This document shows, piece by piece, positions 58,166 to 64,000 of a stretch of DNA of 64,000 nucleotides. Source of the stretch: Candidatus Omnitrophota bacterium (GTDB taxonomy: Bacteria; Omnitrophota; Gorgyraeia; Gygaellales; Profunditerraquicolaceae); NCBI GenBank assembly GCA_049275655.1, contig JBASUY010000020.1:2651-66650 (forward strand), in the 5' to 3' direction. The notes beneath the pieces are model-generated. The model saw nothing but the letters and a program-made list of their open reading frames with translations. It was not told the origin of the DNA and made no database searches. How positions within the stretch are numbered: position 1 is the stretch's first letter; the number at the start of each line of letters is the position of its first letter. The translations under genes were made by a program, and so were the position numbers.

Positions 58166-59958
58166 ATCTTTAACACCTCCAAAAATGCCTCCTGAGGAAT
58201 TTCTACCTTGCCAAATTGTTTAAGGCGTTTTTTTCCTTTCTTCTGCTCTTCCCAAAGTTTTCTTTTGCGCGTAATATCCCCACCGTAACACTTAGCCGTA
58301 ACGTGCTTCCCTACAGAGCGCACCTTAGCTGATGCTAAAATCTGGCTACCTAAAGCTGCCTGTATAGATACTTCAAATAGCTGCCTGGGGATTAACTCCT
58401 TTAATTTATTTACTAAAGCATGCGCCCTTTGATAAGACTTTTCTTTACAGATCAGCGAAGAAAAAGCATCACACTTTTCGCCATTTAAAAGTATATCCAT
58501 TTTTACTAAGTTTATCGTTAGATAATCTTTAAACTCATAATCCAAAGAGCCGTAACCGCGAGTTAAGGATTTTATCCGGTCATAAAAATCAACGATAATC
58601 TCAGAGAGGGGGATATCAAAGGTAAGTTTAACCCTATCCTCTGAGAGGTATTCATTTGATTTAAATACCCCCCTGCGTGATTTAGTAAAATCGCAAATTG
58701 CCTCAATTGAACCAACCGGAATAATCATTAAAAGATTAACATAAGGCTCTTGGGCGTTCTCTATCTCAGAGGCCTCAGGAAGTTTAGCCGGGGTATCCAC
58801 CTCTAAAACCCCTCCGTCTTTCTTTATTATTTTATAAACCACATTTGGCACAGTAAGTATTAAGTTTAAATCATACTCCCTCTTAAGCCTCTCTTGCACA
58901 ATCTCCATATGCAAAAGCCCTAAAAACCCACAGCGGAAGCCCGAACCAAAAGACTGGGAGTTTTCCGGCTCAAAAACAAAAGAAGCATCAGAGAGCCTTA
59001 ATTTATCCATAGCATCCCTTAATTGAGGAAAGTCTCCGGGGTTAATCGGATATATCCCGCAGAAAACTAAAGGCTTAGGCTGACGGTAACCCGGGAATAC
59101 CTCGCTACAAGGATTTTTTATATCGGTTATAGTATCCCCTACGATTATTTCTCTGGGCTCTCTGATATTAGCGGTAAAATAACCTACCTCTCCGCAGGAT
59201 AAAGAATCAACCGCGTTGTATTTTAAGTTTTGAAATACCCCTAACTCTTCAATTTTATAAACTGCCCCTGAATGCATCATCTTAAGCTGAGTATTCAAAG
59301 AAATCCTCCCGTCAACTACCCTAATAAAGACAACAACCCCCTTATAGGTATCAAAACGGCAATCAAAGACAAGGGCTTTTAAAGGATTAGTTATCTCTCC
59401 CTCGGGGGAAGGAATAATCTCAATCACTTTCTCTAATAAATCTTCAACCCCGGTCCCCTCTTTTGCAGAGGCTAAGATAACCTCCTCCTCCTTAAAACCA
59501 AGGATACTAACAACCTCATTTTTAACCTTAGGAAGATCAATAGAGGTTAGGTCAATCTTATTTATTACGGGAATAATCTCTAAATTATTTTCCAAGGCAA
59601 GGTAATAGTTAGCTACTGTTTGCGCTTCTATGCTTTGAGCGGCATCCACCAGTAAAATAGCCCCTTCGCAGGCAGCAAGGGACTTAGAGACTTCATAGGT
59701 AAAATCCACATGCCCCGGGGTATCTATCAGGTTTAGTATATAATCTTTGCCGTCTTTTGCTTTATAAGGAAGCCTGACCATAGAGGCCTTGATTGTAATA
59801 CCCCGCTCACGCTCTAGATCCATATCATCCAAAAGCTGGCTTTCTTTATGGCGCTTATCTACTGCCCCGGTTAACTCTAATATACGGTCGGCAAGAGTAG
59901 ATTTTCCATGGTCAATATGGGCAATGATTGAAAAATTGCGAATTAAAGACTTATCCAT
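58162..59958 (-). CDS. lepA: Elongation factor 4
   Basis: NFSIIAHIDHGKSTL G-domain and the LepA-specific C-terminal domain. 598 aa. Confidence 0.95.
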   Translation of the reverse strand: MDKSLIRNFSIIAHIDHGKSTLADRILELTGAVDKRHKESQLLDDMDLERERGITIKASMVRLPYKAKDGKDYILNLIDTPGHVDFTYEVSKSLAACEGAILLVDAAQSIEAQTVANYYLALENNLEIIPVINKIDLTSIDLPKVKNEVVSILGFKEEEVILASAKEGTGVEDLLEKVIEIIPSPEGEITNPLKALVFDCRFDTYKGVVVFIRVVDGRISLNTQLKMMHSGAVYKIEELGVFQNLKYNAVDSLSCGEVGYFTANIREPREIIVGDTITDIKNPCSEVFPGYRQPKPLVFCGIYPINPGDFPQLRDAMDKLRLSDASFVFEPENSQSFGSGFRCGFLGLLHMEIVQERLKREYDLNLILTVPNVVYKIIKKDGGVLEVDTPAKLPEASEIENAQEPYVNLLMIIPVGSIEAICDFTKSRRGVFKSNEYLSEDRVKLTFDIPLSEIIVDFYDRIKSLTRGYGSLDYEFKDYLTINLVKMDILLNGEKCDAFSSLICKEKSYQRAHALVNKLKELIPRQLFEVSIQAALGSQILASAKVRSVGKHVTAKCYGGDITRKRKLWEEQKKGKKRLKQFGKVEIPQEAFLEVLKI

Positions 59959-60607
59959 TAATATAAAATAATATTTTTTTTATTACCTCTTCAATAGTAA
60001 GTTTAGTGGTATCTATATATACGGCATCTTCTGCCTGTTTTAAGGGAGCGCATTCCCTTTCAGCGTCAATCTTATCTCTATTAGATAAATCCTGATGGAC
60101 TGCCTCTAATTTTATATTTTCCCCCAACTCATTTAACTCTTTATAGCGGCGGTTAACCCGTTCACTTAAGTCGGCGTCAAGATAAAATTTCTTTTCTGCT
60201 TCGGGAAAGACCACTGTTCCGATATCGCGTCCGTCTAAGACTACATTCCCTCTTTTCCCCAATTCCCTTTGAAGATGTAGCATAACTTGGCGCACTTGTT
60301 TAATCTTAGCAATATCTGAAACTAACTTTGTAATCTCAGGCTTGCGTATAGCCAAACTTACATCCTCTGCATCTAAAATCACAGTCAAAGAACCATCGGA
60401 ATTATTGATTAAATCTATGGCACTACAGGAGGCTAAATTAACTACTGCCTGCGTATCATCTGTGCTTATCCCTTTTCTTAAAACTTTAAGCGTAAGCGCC
60501 CTATACATCGCCCCTGTATCAAGATAAAGATAATTTAACTTCTTAGCTACTACCTTAGCCACGGTGCTCTTGCCTGCCCCAGCCGGTCCGTCGATAGCAA
60601 TTATCAT
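59951..60607 (-). CDS. cmk: Cytidylate kinase
   Basis: IIAIDGPAGAGKSTVAK P-loop with a Cmk NMP-binding region. Confidence 0.9.
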   Translation of the reverse strand: MIIAIDGPAGAGKSTVAKVVAKKLNYLYLDTGAMYRALTLKVLRKGISTDDTQAVVNLASCSAIDLINNSDGSLTVILDAEDVSLAIRKPEITKLVSDIAKIKQVRQVMLHLQRELGKRGNVVLDGRDIGTVVFPEAEKKFYLDADLSERVNRRYKELNELGENIKLEAVHQDLSNRDKIDAERECAPLKQAEDAVYIDTTKLTIEEVIKKILFYING

Positions 60608-61434
60608 TTTAATAGCTCTCTTTTCTTTTTGGATTGCGAAAGGATTTTTATCAGGGAGTTTTTATTGCCGGATTTTATTACGGACTTAATCTTTTTAATC
60701 TTGCTTTCAAATACCTCTATGGCAGATAAAAGGTTTTTCTTATTGGTTAAAAATATATCGCTCCATAAAACCGCATCAGAACCGGATATGCGCGTTGAAT
60801 CCTTTAATCCTCCTGCCGCAAAGATAAGCGCTTCTTTAGGGATTGCGCCCATAAGCGCATAAGAGACAAAATGAGGCAAGTGGGAAGCAAAGGATAATTT
60901 TTTGTCATGTTCTTTTGGGCTTAAAAAAATAGTTTTAGCCCCTAAAACCTCCCACATCCTTTTAATTTTTTTAAGGGCTAAAGGGGAGGATTTCTTTTCT
61001 AAGCTTAAGGTACACAGAGAACCTTTAAAGATATCGGCGGAGGCATTGGCTATTCCTCTTTTTTCAGAGCCGGCTAAAGGATGAGAACCGACATAGTTTA
61101 AGAAAGTTTTACTTAAAGAAAAGTGTATAGCCTCTTTAGTACTGCCCACATCAGTTACTAAAGTATCTTTATCTATATATTTTAAAATTTCATCCCTTAG
61201 GCTTATTATTTTACTTACCGGAGTTGCTATGATTACTAAATCGCTTCCTTTGATAATCTTTAAAGATAAGGAGCCTTTATCTATCGCTTTCATCTTTAAA
61301 GCTAAAGAGAGGGTTTCTTTATGGCGGCTTACCCCAACAACCTGACGGCAAACCTTATTCTTCTTTATCGCCAAAGCAATAGAACCTCCTATAAGGCCTA
61401 CTCCTATAATTGCTACTTTTTTAAACAAACGCAT
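60604..61434 (-). CDS. tyrA: Prephenate/arogenate dehydrogenase
   Basis: VAIIGVGLIGGSIA Rossmann motif plus a TyrA catalytic domain. 276 aa. Confidence 0.85.
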   Translation of the reverse strand: MRLFKKVAIIGVGLIGGSIALAIKKNKVCRQVVGVSRHKETLSLALKMKAIDKGSLSLKIIKGSDLVIIATPVSKIISLRDEILKYIDKDTLVTDVGSTKEAIHFSLSKTFLNYVGSHPLAGSEKRGIANASADIFKGSLCTLSLEKKSSPLALKKIKRMWEVLGAKTIFLSPKEHDKKLSFASHLPHFVSYALMGAIPKEALIFAAGGLKDSTRISGSDAVLWSDIFLTNKKNLLSAIEVFESKIKKIKSVIKSGNKNSLIKILSQSKKKRELLK

Positions 61435-62450
61435 TAAATCTGCCTCCCGGTAGCTTTAGCTATAACCCTTAGGTCCTGCATAAGCTCTGAAAAGTTTAAG
61501 GGTAATAACGACTGTATCCCGTCTGACAAGGCATCCTCGGGGGATGTATGCACTTCTATAATCAACCCATCTGCGCCTATAGCTACGCCTGCCTTAGCCA
61601 ACGGGGGAACTAAGCCCCATTTCCCCGCGGCATGAGAAGGGTCAACTATAACTGGCAAATGTGAGAGCTGTTTTATCACTGGGACTGCGCTTATATCTAA
61701 TGTATTACGGGTAGAATCTTCAAATGTCCTAATCCCCCGCTCACAAAGAATAACATTAAAATTTCCTCCTGAAAGTATGTATTCTGCGGACATCAAAAGC
61801 TCTTTTATCGTTGAAGAAAGCCCGCGCTTTAAAACTACGGGCTTTTTTGTCATGCCAACCTCTTTTAAGAGATTAAAGTTCTGCATGTTGCGCGCGCCTA
61901 TCTGCAAAACATCTACATAGCGGCTGACAAGCCCTACATCCCTTGTATCCATTACCTCACTAACCGTAACTAAATCTAATTCATCTCCGATATTTTTAAG
62001 AATTTTTAACCCCACCTCGCCTAACCCTTGAAAACTATAAGGAGATGTACGCGGCTTAAAGGCTCCCCCGCGTAAAATAAGGGCTCCGGCTTTTTTAATT
62101 GAAAGGGCGATATTGCGCAAAGACTCTTCATTTTCTATAGCACAAGGCCCTGCCATAACCACAATCTTCTTTGTCCCTATAGAGACCCCCTTACCTAAAT
62201 CAATAATTGAATCTTCTTTTTTAAATTCTCGCGAAACAAGCCTATATGGAGCTAATACCGGAATAACCTTCTCAACCCCGGGGTAAACCTCTAATGGGGT
62301 AACACGCAGGATATCCTCAGGACCAATAACTCCAATAATTGTCCGTTCTGTCCCCTTAGAAACATGCGGGGTAAGCTTAAGCTTTTTTACTTTTTCAACT
62401 ATATGGTTTACCTGTTCTTCAGTAGCATCAGGCCTTAAAACTATAATCAT
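61434..62450 (-). CDS. aroF: 3-deoxy-7-phosphoheptulonate (DAHP) synthase, class I-beta, with N-terminal ACT/ferredoxin-like regulatory domain
   Basis: The N-terminal ~70-aa regulatory domain resembles Thermotoga-type DAHPS. The catalytic core has KPRTSPYSFQG and GLIIE motifs. Confidence 0.8.
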   Translation of the reverse strand: MIIVLRPDATEEQVNHIVEKVKKLKLTPHVSKGTERTIIGVIGPEDILRVTPLEVYPGVEKVIPVLAPYRLVSREFKKEDSIIDLGKGVSIGTKKIVVMAGPCAIENEESLRNIALSIKKAGALILRGGAFKPRTSPYSFQGLGEVGLKILKNIGDELDLVTVSEVMDTRDVGLVSRYVDVLQIGARNMQNFNLLKEVGMTKKPVVLKRGLSSTIKELLMSAEYILSGGNFNVILCERGIRTFEDSTRNTLDISAVPVIKQLSHLPVIVDPSHAAGKWGLVPPLAKAGVAIGADGLIIEVHTSPEDALSDGIQSLLPLNFSELMQDLRVIAKATGRQI

Positions 62451-63544
62451 CTCTTCTCCTTCCCTTTTAGGACTTTACGTAAAACCTTTATAAATCTTAT
62501 ATTTTCTTTTTTTGTTCCTATGGTCACCCGGATAAAATTCTTTAATCCATATTGGCGCATATCCCTTACAATAACCCCATATTTAAGCATCTCCTTAAAT
62601 AGCGTAAAACCATCCCTGCCTACATCAATAAGTATAAAATTAGCTACAGAGACAACATAGGCAAGGCCCATCTGCGATATACTTTTATACAGATAATCCT
62701 TTCCGGTTAATACTAAAGAGCGCAGGTTAACTAAGAATTTTTTATCGTCTAAAGCGGCTATCGCCGCTTCCTGTGCCAAAGCATTAACATTAAATGGCTG
62801 CCTTACCCTTTCTAAATAAGAGATAAGCTCTGAGTTGCCCAAACAATACCCAACCCTTAAACCGGCTAAACCATAAGACTTAGAAAATGTCTTAAGGACA
62901 AGAAAATTATTTCTTTTTATATAATTAAGGCTTTGCGGAAAATCATCCACGTCTATAAAAGCATCATAGGCTTCGTCTAAAACCACCAGCACCCTATCCG
63001 GGAGGCCTTTAAAAAATTCTTCTAGTTCATATTTGGTTATATATGTCCCGGTCGGATTATTCGGATTAGCAATAAAAATTACCTTTGTCTTTTCATTAAC
63101 CCTTGCTTTTATCGCATCCAAATCAAACTTAAAATATTTTAAAGGAACGGTTACCACATCCCTAGCATTTATCGAAGAAATAATCTTATACTCTAAAAAA
63201 GTGGCATCAGAGGTTAATACGCTCTCCCCTTCATCAACAAAAGCCTTTATGATTAACTCTATCAACTCATCCGAGCCATTGCCTAAAACAATATTACTCG
63301 GCTCAAGCTTTAAAGACTTAGCAATCTTCTTTTTTAAAGAATACCCGCTTGAATCAGGATAGCGATTAACAGAAGAGAGCCTCTTTTGTAATACCTTAAG
63401 CGCCTTAGGGGAAGGGCCTAGAGGGTTTTCGTTTGAAGCTAATTTAATAACCTTTTTAAGCCTATACTGGCGTTTAATCTCCTCAATAGGCTTACCTGCC
63501 TCATAAGGGTTTATCTTTAAGATATGCTTCCTTGCCAAACTCAT
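62447..63544 (-). CDS. hisC: Histidinol-phosphate/aromatic aminotransferase (class II)
   Basis: 365 aa PLP fold type I with the KTFSKSYGLAGLRVGY lysine motif. The context suggests an aromatic aminotransferase role. Confidence 0.8.
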   Translation of the reverse strand: MSLARKHILKINPYEAGKPIEEIKRQYRLKKVIKLASNENPLGPSPKALKVLQKRLSSVNRYPDSSGYSLKKKIAKSLKLEPSNIVLGNGSDELIELIIKAFVDEGESVLTSDATFLEYKIISSINARDVVTVPLKYFKFDLDAIKARVNEKTKVIFIANPNNPTGTYITKYELEEFFKGLPDRVLVVLDEAYDAFIDVDDFPQSLNYIKRNNFLVLKTFSKSYGLAGLRVGYCLGNSELISYLERVRQPFNVNALAQEAAIAALDDKKFLVNLRSLVLTGKDYLYKSISQMGLAYVVSVANFILIDVGRDGFTLFKEMLKYGVIVRDMRQYGLKNFIRVTIGTKKENIRFIKVLRKVLKGKEKR

Positions 63545-63547
63545 AGA

Positions 63548-64000
63548 TTATTCTCCTGCAGGATAAGATCCGAGTATCTTTAAAAATTTACACTTATTAT
63601 CCAACTCTAAAAGTGCTTTTTTAACCTTAGGGCTATCCCTATGGCCTTGTAGGTCAATAAAAAAATAATAATCCCAGAGCTTCTTCTTTGAAGGGCGTGA
63701 TTCTATCTTAGTTAAATTAATCTTATTCTTCTTAAAAGGAAGGAGCATCTGGTGCAACGCGCCTACCTTATCTTTTATAGAAAAAAGGACTGAAGTCTTA
63801 TCTTGCCCTGTTGCCTTAGTGTCGGTCTTGCCGATAACAAAGAAACGCGTAATATTATGCGGGAAGTCTTCTATCCCCCGGGCAACCACCTTCAGTTTAT
63901 ATGCCTCTGCCGCTAAGAGAGAGGCAATACAAGCGCTATTTTTCTCTTTAGAGGCTATCTGGGCTGCACGGGTAGTGCTTGAGACCTCAATCTGCTCGGC
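63548..64000 (-). CDS. pheA: Prephenate dehydratase, C-terminal catalytic end plus ACT domain. The gene continues beyond the window end.
   Basis: The reading frame stays open upstream of the track's GTG start (…LLAAEAYKLKVVARGIEDFPHNITRFFVIG). The ACT domain reads GALHQML..F....INLTKIESRP. Confidence 0.8.
   Translation of the reverse strand, partial: AEQIEVSSTTRAAQIASKEKNSACIASLLAAEAYKLKVVARGIEDFPHNITRFFVIGKTDTKATGQDKTSVLFSIKDKVGALHQMLLPFKKNKINLTKIESRPSKKKLWDYYFFIDLQGHRDSPKVKKALLELDNKCKFLKILGSYPAGE

Noticed and set aside
1-64000. Mobile elements, prophage or defence islands (integrase, transposase, restriction-modification, toxin-antitoxin, Cas)
   Set aside because: No translated ORF shows integrase/transposase catalytic motifs (DDE, R-H-R-Y), nuclease or methyltransferase motifs, or repeat arrays. 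The tRNA cluster is not flanked by direct repeats that I could detect.

Overview
Dense, almost entirely minus-strand bacterial chromosomal window with low GC. It reads as an uncultured anaerobe carrying Wood-Ljungdahl methyl-branch genes. About 60 protein genes sit in long overlapping operons. Recognisable housekeeping genes: guaA (5' part), guaB-like, groES/groEL with a CIRCE operator, coaX, uvrB, nadC, valS, cimA, lysC, cstA, thrC, hom, gpsA, acpS, pdxJ, cdaA, folP, ftsH, tilS, dgkA, tsaD, ctpA, gatCAB, plsY, pgsA, lepB, lepA, cmk, tyrA, DAHP synthase, hisC and pheA (5' partial). Five tRNAs were found by eye: Pro-GGG, a Thr-Tyr-Gly cluster, and a CAU tRNA next to tilS. A corrinoid iron-sulfur protein module (acsE-acsD-RACo-acsC) is present without CODH/ACS. 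No CRISPR array, integrase or transposase is visible. Unusual regions: (1) a ~600 nt unannotated island (55.8-56.4 kb) with a consensus sigma70 promoter, GC-rich nested hairpins with alternative pairings and a small basic ORF. (2) The only plus-strand gene, a 1072-aa six-hairpin glycosidase/phosphorylase-like protein, converging on a 923-aa TPR plus beta-barrel outer-membrane protein, both with promoters positioned for leaderless mRNAs. (3) A bactofilin fused to an excisionase-type HTH, next to a membrane-anchored HTH paralog. (4) An archaeal-type iPGM homolog in the threonine gene neighbourhood, a candidate non-orthologous homoserine kinase. (5) A divergent thymidylate-synthase-fold protein inside a PilZ/REC/PAS-kinase cluster. 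(6) A UbiA (DPPR-synthase-like) + SDR epimerase + GT-C glycosylation cassette. All functional calls rest on motif recognition by eye, without database searches.
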